From a virus: DNA of 64,000 nucleotides. The stretch spans positions 41,879-105,878 of IMG/VR virus record IMGVR_UViG_3300036761_003779. One strand, given 5' to 3'. The notes under the pieces were generated by a model. That model was not told where the DNA came from. It saw nothing but the letters and a program-made list of their open reading frames with translations, and did no database searches. A program made the position numbers and the translations under genes. This document shows, in pieces, positions 28,317-37,768 of the stretch. Positions within the stretch are counted from its first letter, which is position 1. Each line of letters opens with the position of its first letter.

Positions 28317-28757
28317 TTAAACCGGGATCAGGCGGTCGCACTTGAACGTCCACTCGGTGACGTTCAGCTCCCCCTCGTTGTTCATCTCCAGGTCCGCGGT
28401 CTTTCGCTTCGACGGGAACAGCCCGATGAGGTTGTAGGTCCGCGTCTGGAGCCGGGAGATGCTCTGGATGAGGAGCGTGGCCGCCTTCTTGTAGACCGGG
28501 AGCACGGGGTCCTGGGACATCAGGAACCACGACTCGAGGAAGGCGTCCTCCACCGTGTGATGTTTCGGGTGCTGGGCCGTGAACTCCATGGACTTTGTGT
28601 TCCCCCCGGACGCGACCGTGCGGTCCGGCAGGTCCACCGTCTCCAGCTCCTCCTCCAGCCCGTCGATGCTGGTGAAGGTGATGATGGGCGGCCCACCCAC
28701 CACGATCATCTGGTAGTTGTTGACCGGGATGTGGTCCGGCAGGATGATTCCCTTCAT
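28317..28757 (-). CDS. Tail tube protein (T4 gp19-like)
   Basis: 146 aa; FTSIDGLEEELE, YKKAATL, YNLIGLFPSK..DLE. Confidence 0.85.
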   Translation of the reverse strand: MKGIILPDHIPVNNYQMIVVGGPPIITFTSIDGLEEELETVDLPDRTVASGGNTKSMEFTAQHPKHHTVEDAFLESWFLMSQDPVLPVYKKAATLLIQSISRLQTRTYNLIGLFPSKRKTADLEMNNEGELNVTEWTFKCDRLIPV

Positions 28758-28832
28758 CGTCTCTCCTCCTTCGGGCGGACGCGCCGCGCGGCCTCGCGCT
28801 AGGTCCCCTTGACGGTCTTCAGCGCGGCCGGG

Positions 28833-29141
28833 TTACTCCTCCGCGACGAAGCGGTAGGTGTCCCCGGCGTTATTGATCGCCGCGTCCGTCCCCAGTCCGA
28901 AGCCCTCCGTCTTCAGGGTGACGCCCTGCGTGGTCACGAGGGTCCGCGCGCCGGCCGCCGCCGTCTTGAGGAAGGAGGCGTCCGCCATCCCCTCGACGTG
29001 CTCCGCCTTGTCGATGGAGGTGGTCATCCGGTAGATGCTGACGCGCTTGGGCTTGAAGCCCACCTTGTCCCCGATCATGTCCAGCGCCGCGCCGGTTCCG
29101 GTGTACACGCCGGCAACTGCTCTTGCGATTCCGCTTCCCAT
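28833..29141 (-). CDS. Small structural protein
   Basis: GGAGG SD; GVYTGTG..VGFKPKRV..GFGLG..INNAGDTYRFVA module. Confidence 0.6.
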   Translation of the reverse strand: MGSGIARAVAGVYTGTGAALDMIGDKVGFKPKRVSIYRMTTSIDKAEHVEGMADASFLKTAAAGARTLVTTQGVTLKTEGFGLGTDAAINNAGDTYRFVAEE

Positions 29142-29213
29142 GTTCATCCTCCGTGAAGGGGTTGTCCGTTTCTGCCCGTCCGCGCGGGAGACCACCCCCC
29201 GCGCGCCCGTGGT

Positions 29214-31559
29214 CTAATCGACCGCGTCGAAGATGCCGGCCTTGCCGACCACGATCTTGAACCGCTCCACCGTGTCCGCGAGCTTCAGGATTAGCTCCGC
29301 GTTCAGGTCCCCGGCGGAGAGGGTCAGGTCCGTGTTGTTCTCCTCGTCGATCTTCAGCTTCATGGCCTCGTCGAAAGTCTTGCCCCGGAGGGCGCCCTTC
29401 GTCCACTCCGGGAGGAAGAAGGCCCGGAGGGTCGTCGCCACTCGATGCCACGCCGTCGGGTTGTTGATGGCGAAGATGATCCAGTCGAAGTTCTCCCGGA
29501 TGAGGTTCTCATAGTGGCTCATCTGAGACCGCTGATGGTACCACTTCCACTCGCTCGTCGGAGAGAGCGTCCGGTCCCCCCAGAGGATGCAGGTCCCCTG
29601 GCGGAACTTGACCACGTTCAGCCCCTGCGGGTTGAGGATCTCCTCGTTCAGCGCCTCCTGGGTCTCCGGGTTCCCGGTCGGCAGCTCCAGGACGTCCGGG
29701 AGCGTCACCTCGATGCCCGCCGGTGCCTTGTGATAGCCGTCGTACTGACGCGCCGTCAGCGCCTCCCGGCCGAGGATCATTCCGATGAGGGTCTGCTCCT
29801 TCATCGGGATGTCCGAGGCCCCGGGCGTCGCGTCCGGGTCCAGGACGGAGCCGAAGGACGGGAAGTGCGTCGAGGCGTAGTCGGACCGCCCGATCGTGTT
29901 GTTGATGTAGTCCACCACGTCCGCCTCCGCCGTGTAGGCGGCCGGGATCTGGACCTTGAAGGTCCAGTTCATCGCGGCGGCGAACTCGATGCCCGCCTTC
30001 TGGAGGACCGTCGAGGTCAGCCCCGGGATGGCCAGCTTAACCAGCCCCTTGTTCTTTCCGAAGATCCGGCGGAGCGTGGAGAGGTTCGGGTCGAAGGCCG
30101 GGAGGAAGTCCGCGTCCGTGACCGCGGAGCCGTTGTTCCCACCCTCGAACTCCTGCCGGTACGCGAGCATGAAGACCGCGCCCGCGGTGATGACCCCGTC
30201 GTCCGTCAGGTCCATCCCGGTCCGGACGGAGACGGTGGAGCGGGTGTTCGACTCGATGTAGAAGGAGAAGTTGGGCTGGTTGACGATGTCCGGCCAGATC
30301 GTCCCGCCCTTCAGCTCGTTCGGGACCCAGGCCATGATCTCGATGGTCACGGTGTCCCCGTCCGCCAGGACGGTCGCGCCGTTGGTCACGGTCACGGTCC
30401 CGATCTCGTCCCCGAGGTTGGTGGCCACCCCGCTGAAGGCCGCCTGGAGCTTCGTCAGCCCGAGGGAGGAGACCCACTCGATGTCCGCCCCGGCGTTATC
30501 GACCGTCCCCACCAGGGTCTGCTGGCGCACCAGCGTCCCGCGGGTGAACGCCGTCGTCGGGTTGGCGGAGGTCGGGGAGTCAACGGTCACGTCCGGGTCC
30601 GCGATCCCGATGGTCGTGGCCGTGATGGTCTTGTTCTGCCCGTAGAAGTTGGCCGGGCGGACCCCCGCCACGGTCTTGTCCCCGGAGTAGAGGTCCTCCG
30701 CGACGATTTCCCGGTTGGACGGGTCGTCGTTGATGACCCGGACCCAGTAGTTGGGCTTGGTCGGGTCCGCGGAGAGGTTGTTGTAACCCTTCCCGACCAG
30801 GCCGCCGTCCACGTAGATCTTCAGGGAAAACTCCGCCGTCGGCTTCTCGTCCCCGTTCCCGATGACGACCGCGAGGTGGTTGTCGTTCCCGAGCCAGTCC
30901 ACGTTCTCCCGGGTGAGGGCGTAGCGGTTCGCGGGCGTCCCGGCACCGGCCGCCCAGTCGGTGGCCAGGTCCTGGTCCGCCTCGACGGAGACGACCCCCG
31001 CCGCGGTGTTCCCCACGATCCGGTACGTCTTGGTCGTGACCTTCTTGAGCTGGAGGACCCCGCCCGCCCACTCATTCTCGATCATCGGGTCCCCGGTGTC
31101 GAGCGTGGTCGCGGTGAGGTCCCCGGCCCCCGTGATCTCGTCGAGGTACGTCCGCCGCTGGCCGCCCCAGATCCCGCCGTTCTTGGCGTACAGCTTGCCC
31201 AGGACCTTCCGGCCGGAGGCCGGCGCCGCCGCCGTCCCCTGCCGGGTGTAGAGCGTGATCTCCGCCTGAACCTCGTCCCCGCCGGTCACGCGGTAGGTGA
31301 TCACCTCGCCGGCGCCGCGGCCCAGCTTGAAGAAGTCGAGGACCGCCGTGGGCGCCTCCGACTCCAGGATCCGGCCGCCGTTCCGGCGCTTGAAGTCCAG
31401 GACGCCGGAGAGGAAGGCCGGGACCCCTGGCTCCCCGCGCTCGAACTCCCCGATCATGACCGTGACCCCGTAGGGAGCCGCGATGATCTGCTGGTCCCCC
31501 TCCTTCTCCTCCACCTGGACGCCCGCGCCAAGGACTGGGCCGAATCTTTTGACCGCCAT
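29214..31559 (-). CDS. Tail sheath protein
   Basis: GVQVEE N-terminus; HKAPAG, LNPQGLNVV, LWGDRTL, GALRG. Confidence 0.93.
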   Translation of the reverse strand: MAVKRFGPVLGAGVQVEEKEGDQQIIAAPYGVTVMIGEFERGEPGVPAFLSGVLDFKRRNGGRILESEAPTAVLDFFKLGRGAGEVITYRVTGGDEVQAEITLYTRQGTAAAPASGRKVLGKLYAKNGGIWGGQRRTYLDEITGAGDLTATTLDTGDPMIENEWAGGVLQLKKVTTKTYRIVGNTAAGVVSVEADQDLATDWAAGAGTPANRYALTRENVDWLGNDNHLAVVIGNGDEKPTAEFSLKIYVDGGLVGKGYNNLSADPTKPNYWVRVINDDPSNREIVAEDLYSGDKTVAGVRPANFYGQNKTITATTIGIADPDVTVDSPTSANPTTAFTRGTLVRQQTLVGTVDNAGADIEWVSSLGLTKLQAAFSGVATNLGDEIGTVTVTNGATVLADGDTVTIEIMAWVPNELKGGTIWPDIVNQPNFSFYIESNTRSTVSVRTGMDLTDDGVITAGAVFMLAYRQEFEGGNNGSAVTDADFLPAFDPNLSTLRRIFGKNKGLVKLAIPGLTSTVLQKAGIEFAAAMNWTFKVQIPAAYTAEADVVDYINNTIGRSDYASTHFPSFGSVLDPDATPGASDIPMKEQTLIGMILGREALTARQYDGYHKAPAGIEVTLPDVLELPTGNPETQEALNEEILNPQGLNVVKFRQGTCILWGDRTLSPTSEWKWYHQRSQMSHYENLIRENFDWIIFAINNPTAWHRVATTLRAFFLPEWTKGALRGKTFDEAMKLKIDEENNTDLTLSAGDLNAELILKLADTVERFKIVVGKAGIFDAVD

Positions 31560-31571
31560 GGGTTCCTCCGT

Positions 31572-32918
31572 CTATGTTTCGAATGTCTCTGGCGATGAGG
31601 TTGGGACCGGCGCCCCACGCAGGAGCGCGTCCACCTCCACCTCATCGTCGATGGCCGCCCAGGAGAGCCTGACGCGCTGCACGCCGTGCGCGTCCCGCGC
31701 CGCCCGGAGCTGCTGAGTGAGGTCCTCCAGGCGGAACTCCGCCCGAAAGGCACGGACGTCCGCGTCGTCTAGCGCCGGCGCCTGCGCGTTGAACTGGTCC
31801 ATCAGGTGGATGCGGAAGCGCCGGTCCGTGCCCCTCGACCGGAGGAACGGACCGGCCTCCGCGCTCGGCCCGACCGCAAGGAGCTTGGTGAGCGCCTCGA
31901 GGAGGCGCGCCTGCTCTCTGCTGCGGTTGGTCCGAACTTCCATCTCGATCCTGAAGGTCGATCTGAAGGGCGCCGGGATCTCCACCCCGTTGCCCGTGTC
32001 CTTGCGCACGATACCGCGCTCGGCGCTCATCGGGTAGAAGGATGAGAGGACCGTCTCCGCGTCCCGGAGTACGACCTGCGGGAGCTTCCCCAGCTCCTCC
32101 CAGTCCTGGTTCGTGTCCCAGGCCACCTGCGCCCGCGCCCGCATCCGGAGGAACGGGACCCCGGCCGCCGGTATCCCCGCACCGGAGAGGGTCAGGACCT
32201 TCGTCCCCGGGTTGTAGGAGGCGAGGAGGTCCGTCAGGTGCTCCGGGTCCGCGGCGTGGTCGTAGACCGCCTCCGCGCCCGTCAGGGTCAGGTCCGCCTC
32301 GTCCCGGTACTCCGTCAGGTCGATGGAGGTCGCGTCCGCCGGGAGCGGCGGGAGGGCCATCTCGACCGGGAAGACCGCCTCCTCCTGGACCGTGGCCGTC
32401 AAGGAGTCGAGGAGGAGGTCGTTCAGCCAGTCCACCTCCCCCTCCCAGAGGACTGCCACGTGGGAGACCACCGGGGTCACCTTCGCGTCCGTCGTCAGGA
32501 GGTTGAAGGTCACGGCAAAGGCCCGGTTCGCGGTCACCGGGAGGGTCGGGAGGTGGGCGGAGACCTCCGCCTCCGTGTTCCAGTCCCCCGGCCCGGCGAT
32601 CGCCCAGCCCGCGCCGTCCCAGAACTTGTCCGCCGTCCCGTCCCAGATCCGGAGCCCCACGGAGGTCCCCTCCGGGGTCTCCGCGGTCACGTGTAACATG
32701 AGGAGCCGCCGGACCGCGCCCGGCCGCGCGGTGGGCGTCCGGACGTACAGGTCCGCGTCGAGCGGATAAAGGAAGGTCGACTGTAGCTTCAGCTTGGCGC
32801 AGAAGTCCGCCGGGTCGAGCCGGATCTTCGCGGCGTCCGAGATGACGGAGGCCGCCCGGGCGTCGAAGCCCTGGTTGGGCTCCCAGTAGAGGTCCGTGAG
32901 GATGCGGCTGAGGCTCAT
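31572..32918 (-). CDS. Tail terminator-like protein with N-terminal extension
   Basis: Position before sheath; LPQVVL and STFRIEMEVRT C-terminal pattern. Confidence 0.55.
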   Translation of the reverse strand: MSLSRILTDLYWEPNQGFDARAASVISDAAKIRLDPADFCAKLKLQSTFLYPLDADLYVRTPTARPGAVRRLLMLHVTAETPEGTSVGLRIWDGTADKFWDGAGWAIAGPGDWNTEAEVSAHLPTLPVTANRAFAVTFNLLTTDAKVTPVVSHVAVLWEGEVDWLNDLLLDSLTATVQEEAVFPVEMALPPLPADATSIDLTEYRDEADLTLTGAEAVYDHAADPEHLTDLLASYNPGTKVLTLSGAGIPAAGVPFLRMRARAQVAWDTNQDWEELGKLPQVVLRDAETVLSSFYPMSAERGIVRKDTGNGVEIPAPFRSTFRIEMEVRTNRSREQARLLEALTKLLAVGPSAEAGPFLRSRGTDRRFRIHLMDQFNAQAPALDDADVRAFRAEFRLEDLTQQLRAARDAHGVQRVRLSWAAIDDEVEVDALLRGAPVPTSSPETFET

Positions 32919-33550
32919 AGCTTCTTGAGGGTAACGCGGACCCCTTCGCCCAGGGCCACCTTAATGCGCTCCTCCGCCTCCAGGAAGGGCTCAAGGATGA
33001 AGGGGCGGCCGCGGACCACCCAGGTGCGCGCGCCGGCCCCCCGCAGGCCGGAGGCGTCGATCTTGACCCCCTCCGCCTTCCCGAAGCGCCCACCCTTCCC
33101 CCGCCGCTGCTTCCCCCGCCCGGCCCGCTTCCGCATCTCCGCGAAGATGGCCGCGCGGACCTTCTCCGTCACCTTGATGGTGAACCCGTTGTGGAGCGCC
33201 GCCGCCACGTTGACCAGCCCCTTCCCGCCCTTCCCCCGGGCGGACCGCTTGACGCCAACCGCGCCGGCGACCCCGTCCGCCGTGACCTCCGCCTCCGCGG
33301 AGATGCTCTGCCGGAGGTCCCCCCGGTCCACGAGCGGCCGACTGCTCCGCTTGACCATGACCGTGAGCGGGGAGTTCGGCACCCCGTGCTTCTCCGCGTC
33401 GATATACTCCACGACGTCCCGGCGGAGGAGGTGACACTGCTCCAGGACCTTCCGGCGCAGCTCCTCCTGGAAGGCCCGCTTGGCGCGCGCTGGGTTGAGG
33501 AAGTTGAGGAAGGAGTCCCAGGCCCCGGAGAGGGTGAGCTTGGCACCCAC
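32915..33550 (-). CDS. Neck/tail-completion (virion morphogenesis) protein
   Basis: PNSPLTV..KRSSRPLVDRGDLRQSI; RGRPFI. Confidence 0.8.
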   Translation of the reverse strand: MGAKLTLSGAWDSFLNFLNPARAKRAFQEELRRKVLEQCHLLRRDVVEYIDAEKHGVPNSPLTVMVKRSSRPLVDRGDLRQSISAEAEVTADGVAGAVGVKRSARGKGGKGLVNVAAALHNGFTIKVTEKVRAAIFAEMRKRAGRGKQRRGKGGRFGKAEGVKIDASGLRGAGARTWVVRGRPFILEPFLEAEERIKVALGEGVRVTLKKL

Positions 33551-33553
33551 GGG

Positions 33554-34003
33554 TCAGGCCGCCAACCGGTCGTTGAACCGGACCTCCAGGAGGGTGCAGC
33601 CACCCTGGTCCGTGTAGCCGGCGACGTCCCGGAAGAAGAGGACGTACATGTCCACCGCTCGACGCCCGATCCGGACGATTCGGTCCCCGCGGGCAATCGC
33701 CACGGTGAGGGTCCCGTCCGGGTTCTCCGTGGCCACGCCCGCCGCCAGCAGGTCCACGACCCTGAAGAGCAGGTAGCCCTTCCAGTCCTCCTCCACGCCC
33801 CCGGCCGGGAAGGTGGGAAGGGCGATCTGCCCGTCATTCCAGTTGACCTGCGCCACGAGGGAGAGGGAGGCGCCCGTCCCCGGCCCGTCCTCGTTCCGCC
33901 AGACCTGCCGGACCGGCTCCCGGGCCACCGGGTCGAGGACCGTAACCGCCCGCTCCATGCGCCGGATCTCGACCGGGATCGGGTGTATCAAGTTAGGGAT
34001 CAC
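33554..34003 (-). CDS. Head-tail stopper-like protein
   Basis: GTG start overlapping the upstream stop; DPVAREP; IARGDRIVRIG. Confidence 0.6.
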   Translation of the reverse strand: MIPNLIHPIPVEIRRMERAVTVLDPVAREPVRQVWRNEDGPGTGASLSLVAQVNWNDGQIALPTFPAGGVEEDWKGYLLFRVVDLLAAGVATENPDGTLTVAIARGDRIVRIGRRAVDMYVLFFRDVAGYTDQGGCTLLEVRFNDRLAA

Positions 34004-35013
34004 TGCACCGACCTCCCGGAAAGCCGCCGGAACATGGTCCGTGGCGCCCGCATCAAGAGTGGCCCCTTGTAGGCCGCTAGGATAGCGTCCAGCTCCGCGT
34101 CCCCCGTCCCGCTCGTGCTCCAGGACTTGGAGGTCACCGCGGCGTCGGACCACTTCTTCCGATGACGGTCCGTCTCCTCCTCAATGACCGGTCCGGCCGG
34201 ACCGGCGGAACCGCTCGAGCTGTACAGGGGCGCAAGGCCGCGCACGGCCAGCTTCCGGACCGCGTACTTAATGGGCGCCGGCGTCGAGCCGTCCGGCTCG
34301 ATGAAGCCGAAGGTCCCGACCAGGCGCTGGTTCTTCTCCCCCACCAGGAAGGTGAAGCTGTTCCGCTGGACCGGCCCCACGCCCTCGAAGATCGAGGTCT
34401 CCGCGGAGACCAGCTTCACCCGCGGGTTCTTCCGGTCGTCTCGCCCGGCCTCCCCGCGCCCGCTGTACACCACGTACCGGGAGGGGTCCTGCGCGGCGTC
34501 CCAGACCCCGTTGAGCCCGTTCAGGTAGAGGGCGGTGATCGAGATGATGGGGACCGGGAGCTGGAGGAGCGTCGTCCCGCTCCCGTCCAGGTCCCAGGTC
34601 AGCTGCCGCGGGACGAACCACTGCCGGCAGAGCCGCTCCACGTACGCCTGCCAGGTCTGGATGGACTGGAGGATCCGGGCGTCCGAGACGGAGGCCGGGA
34701 CCCCCTCGTCCCGCACGTCCTGGATCGAGACGTACAGCGCGTCGGCCTCCCCCTGGATGGGGTCCGAGAGGGAGGACTCGAGGAGGGTGATCGAGTGGAA
34801 GTAGCTCGTCTTGTAGTAGAAGGCAGGGTCGCCCGCCACGTCGTCGTAGGTGTAGACCGTCTGCCCGGTCAGCAGCGGGATGCGCGTCCCGGGCGCCGTG
34901 ATCTCCGCGTAGGGTCCGACCAGGACCGGTGCGCGGTAGACCTTCATCACGTCGAAGAGGGTCAGGACGTTGTCGAGCTTCTCGACCGTCACGGTCAGCT
35001 TGATCGTTGCCAT
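34000..35013 (-). CDS. Head-tail adaptor (gp6/gp15-like) with N-terminal extension
   Basis: YVSIQDVRDEG, YVERLCRQWF, GTFGF..TPAPIKYAV, LDAILAAYK. Confidence 0.75.
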   Translation of the reverse strand: MATIKLTVTVEKLDNVLTLFDVMKVYRAPVLVGPYAEITAPGTRIPLLTGQTVYTYDDVAGDPAFYYKTSYFHSITLLESSLSDPIQGEADALYVSIQDVRDEGVPASVSDARILQSIQTWQAYVERLCRQWFVPRQLTWDLDGSGTTLLQLPVPIISITALYLNGLNGVWDAAQDPSRYVVYSGRGEAGRDDRKNPRVKLVSAETSIFEGVGPVQRNSFTFLVGEKNQRLVGTFGFIEPDGSTPAPIKYAVRKLAVRGLAPLYSSSGSAGPAGPVIEEETDRHRKKWSDAAVTSKSWSTSGTGDAELDAILAAYKGPLLMRAPRTMFRRLSGRSVQ

Positions 35014-35501
35014 CAGACCTCCTCCGCTCCGGCGATCTTAGGGCGGAGCGCGTCCGCTGTCTTCACTTCTGGGCGGACCTCCTCCGCCTCCCCGATGAGC
35101 GGCGTCCCGGGGTCCACGTCCGCGCCGCCCGCGTCCGCTATCCGCGGCCGGAGGTCCCCCGCGTCCCGGATCCGCGGGGAGAGGACGTCCAGGGAGACGA
35201 ACTGAGGGAGACCGCCGCCGGCGCCGCCGGTGGAGGTGGCCGCCTCCGTGTCGTAGTAGGCGAAGAGGACGTCCCCCGGGTCGTCCGTCGAGCCCGGGCG
35301 CGGCCCGACTGGCGGGATCTTCATCCGGAAGGTCCCCAGCGTCGGGTCCGTCTCCTCCCAGCCGTTGTCGAGCGTCCGCTTGAGCTGCTGGCCGTTCAGG
35401 AAGACAACGAGGGAGCCCGCCCGATAGTAGGTGGGGACGGAGAAGTCCCGGTTGACCCCGTTCACCGCCCCGGAGACCGGCTCGATGCGGGAGGACGCCA
35501 T
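35013..35501 (-). CDS. Virion accessory protein (VFLNG module)
   Basis: GAVNGVNRDF..SLVVFLNGQQL..WEETDPTLGTFRM. Confidence 0.65.
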   Translation of the reverse strand: MASSRIEPVSGAVNGVNRDFSVPTYYRAGSLVVFLNGQQLKRTLDNGWEETDPTLGTFRMKIPPVGPRPGSTDDPGDVLFAYYDTEAATSTGGAGGGLPQFVSLDVLSPRIRDAGDLRPRIADAGGADVDPGTPLIGEAEEVRPEVKTADALRPKIAGAEEV

Positions 35502-35737
35502 CAGACCACCTCCTCGTAGAAGACGAAGACGTTGTCCCCGACCTTGGGCGCCCGCCGGAGCCGGAAGGTCCCGAGGGTCGGGTCCACCTCCTCGTAGCCG
35601 TCCTCGAAGTCCCGGGAGAGCAGGCGCCCGTTCCAGAGCGCCCGGAGGGAGTTAGGTTCGTAGGACTCCGGCGCGGCGAAGTCCCGGTTGCTCCCGTCTA
35701 CGGGCCCAGCGGCCTCGACCAGGTGGACCGCCGCCAT
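35501..35737 (-). CDS. Virion accessory protein, paralogue of 35013..35501
   Basis: GPVDGSNRDF..SLRALWNGRLL..YEEVDPTLGTFRL. Confidence 0.65.
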   Translation of the reverse strand: MAAVHLVEAAGPVDGSNRDFAAPESYEPNSLRALWNGRLLSRDFEDGYEEVDPTLGTFRLRRAPKVGDNVFVFYEEVV

Positions 35738-35738
35738 C

Positions 35739-35993
35739 TCACTCCCTCCCCTCCGCGTCCTCCACGTCCTCCGGGTCCATCGGGATCAGCGGGCACTTCG
35801 CCCCGAGCTTCTCCAGACAGCGCCGGTTGACGTCCTCCACAACCTGACCCTGCCGCTGCCACGCGGATTCCGCCAGCGTCTGGCGTGTCTCGATAGACTT
35901 CAGGCGCCCGTCCACGCGGTCTAGCTTCCGGAGGACCTCGAGGACCAGCTCCCGCGTCGGCTGGGTCCGCCGCTTGGGCTTCTCCGCCGTCAT
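35739..35993 (-). CDS. Hypothetical coiled-coil protein
   Basis: 84 aa, operon packing. Confidence 0.55.
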   Translation of the reverse strand: MTAEKPKRRTQPTRELVLEVLRKLDRVDGRLKSIETRQTLAESAWQRQGQVVEDVNRRCLEKLGAKCPLIPMDPEDVEDAEGRE

Positions 35994-35996
35994 GTC

Positions 35997-36878
35997 CTAG
36001 ATCCGCGCCGCGAACACGTCCGCCACCGCCTCCGCGATCTCCGCCCAGTACTCAGAGCGCGCCGCGTAGCACTGCTCGAGCTGCACGCCCCCACCGCCGG
36101 CGGTCAGCCAGTTGACCAGGTTCGCCGGGGAGGTCCCGGCCAGCGGGTCGTCCGGACCCGCCAGGCGCACATCGATCCCAGTACCGGCAAGCGCCGCCTC
36201 GACCGCCGCCCGGACCTCCTCCCGGAGGTCCTCCGGCGCGGCGCCGCCAACGACAACGTCCGGGTCCGACATGCCGTGGAAGGCCACGGCGTGGAGGAAG
36301 CCCCGGTCCGCAATGCCGCCCAGGAGCGGGAAGGAGACCCGGTGGATCTCCGTCGACGTGATGTGCCAGCGGTCGAAGGCCCCGCCGCCGTCCCGCCAGC
36401 CCTTGCAGCGCCAGGCGGCCGCGGGCTTCCCGGAGAGGACGGCCAGAACGTGCTCCGCCTGCTCGTCCGTGTTGTTCTCGATCGCCCCGCCGTGCGGCGC
36501 CAGGATCACCAGGCCCGCCGGGGAGAGCCCGGACTCGTCGAGCCGCTCCACGAACTCGCTCTGCGCCTCCGCCTCCGCGTCCGTCAGGGTGGGGTGCGGG
36601 ACCTGGGAGTCGAGCGTCCCGGTGAACTCGAGGGAGGTCCCCAGGCGGGAGCGCCCGGCCGCCCCCATCCGGACGATCGAATCCGGGCTCTCCTGCCGGG
36701 TCTCCCCGACCGTGAAGAGCGCGTACTGGGTTGCGTTCCGCTTCACGCGGACCTGATGCCCCGCCGCGCGGTTCACGGTGGCCAGCTTCTCCGGGTCCGC
36801 GGAGAGGTGCGTCCCATTCTCGATGAGGTCCGTCTGACTCGAGAGCGCCTTCTTAACGCTCGCTGCGTAGGTTCCCAT
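35997..36878 (-). CDS. Poly-gamma-glutamate hydrolase (PghP/DUF867 family, Zn-dependent)
   Basis: ILAPHGGAIE..HITST..AVAFHG..GTSPANLVN..GGVQLEQ; start MGTYAASV after AAGGAG SD. Confidence 0.85.
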   Translation of the reverse strand: MGTYAASVKKALSSQTDLIENGTHLSADPEKLATVNRAAGHQVRVKRNATQYALFTVGETRQESPDSIVRMGAAGRSRLGTSLEFTGTLDSQVPHPTLTDAEAEAQSEFVERLDESGLSPAGLVILAPHGGAIENNTDEQAEHVLAVLSGKPAAAWRCKGWRDGGGAFDRWHITSTEIHRVSFPLLGGIADRGFLHAVAFHGMSDPDVVVGGAAPEDLREEVRAAVEAALAGTGIDVRLAGPDDPLAGTSPANLVNWLTAGGGGVQLEQCYAARSEYWAEIAEAVADVFAARI

Positions 36879-36903
36879 TGTCCTCTTCTCCTTCATCTGA
36901 GGT

Positions 36904-37755
36904 TCACTGTCCGGGTTGTCCCGAGAGCATGTAGCCGGTATACCGAAGCTCCTGCTGATGCACGTGGATCCCATTGGTCAGGGTGTCGCCCGCGTGGGAG
37001 TGCTCCCGCGCCAGCCAGAGGACCATCAGGTCTTTCCCAACGTTGAAGGCCGCCGCCGGGATCGTCAGGTCGATACTGTAGATCCGGTCCCCCAGGTCCG
37101 TCGAGTGGTCCACCGTCAGCGCCGCCGTCCCGTCGTACGCCCCAAGGTCCTCCCCGACGGAGCGGAAGGCATACTTGAGGTACCAGCAACTGGCCTTGCC
37201 GTTCCCCGGCGCCACGCCGTGGCTGATGTAGATCCGCATCGCCACGTCCCCCGAGGCGTAGTTCTGGGGCGGCCGCCGCACGAGCCGGTTCCGCCCCTCC
37301 GTGTCCGTCCCGCTCCCCGCGTACAGGAGGGAGGGCACGTCGTTGTTCGAGGAGGTGGAGACGTCCCCGCCCTTCACGTCCCCGTCCACCGGGTAGGTGA
37401 TCCGGCACGTGCCCACCGCGGTCGGGGACGTCCCGATCAGGATCCGCTCGTCGTGGATCGCAACTACCTCCCCGTTCGCCGTGACGACCCGAGCCAGCGG
37501 CGCGTAGAAGTCCGCCGTGGGGAAGCCGGTCAGGTTCACGACGAGGGCGCCGTCCCGGTCCAGGTAAGTGTAAGAAGTGACGTTGTCCGTCAGCGACTGC
37601 CCAAACACGCCAGGGTACGTCCCCCGCTTCCCCCCAACGTCGTATTTGAACGGGTCGACGTTCACCTTCAGCGGGTCCACGCTCGCGTAGACCAGCCCGG
37701 TGTTCAGGATGACCTGCTGAACCACCGCCCCGGAAACGGTCACCATCGTTGGCAT
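36904..37755 (-). CDS. Putative virion structural protein
   Basis: 283 aa; PLARVVTANGEVVAIHDER fibre-like motif. Confidence 0.55.
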   Translation of the reverse strand: MPTMVTVSGAVVQQVILNTGLVYASVDPLKVNVDPFKYDVGGKRGTYPGVFGQSLTDNVTSYTYLDRDGALVVNLTGFPTADFYAPLARVVTANGEVVAIHDERILIGTSPTAVGTCRITYPVDGDVKGGDVSTSSNNDVPSLLYAGSGTDTEGRNRLVRRPPQNYASGDVAMRIYISHGVAPGNGKASCWYLKYAFRSVGEDLGAYDGTAALTVDHSTDLGDRIYSIDLTIPAAAFNVGKDLMVLWLAREHSHAGDTLTNGIHVHQQELRYTGYMLSGQPGQ

Positions 37756-37768
37756 GCCTTACCTCCTC

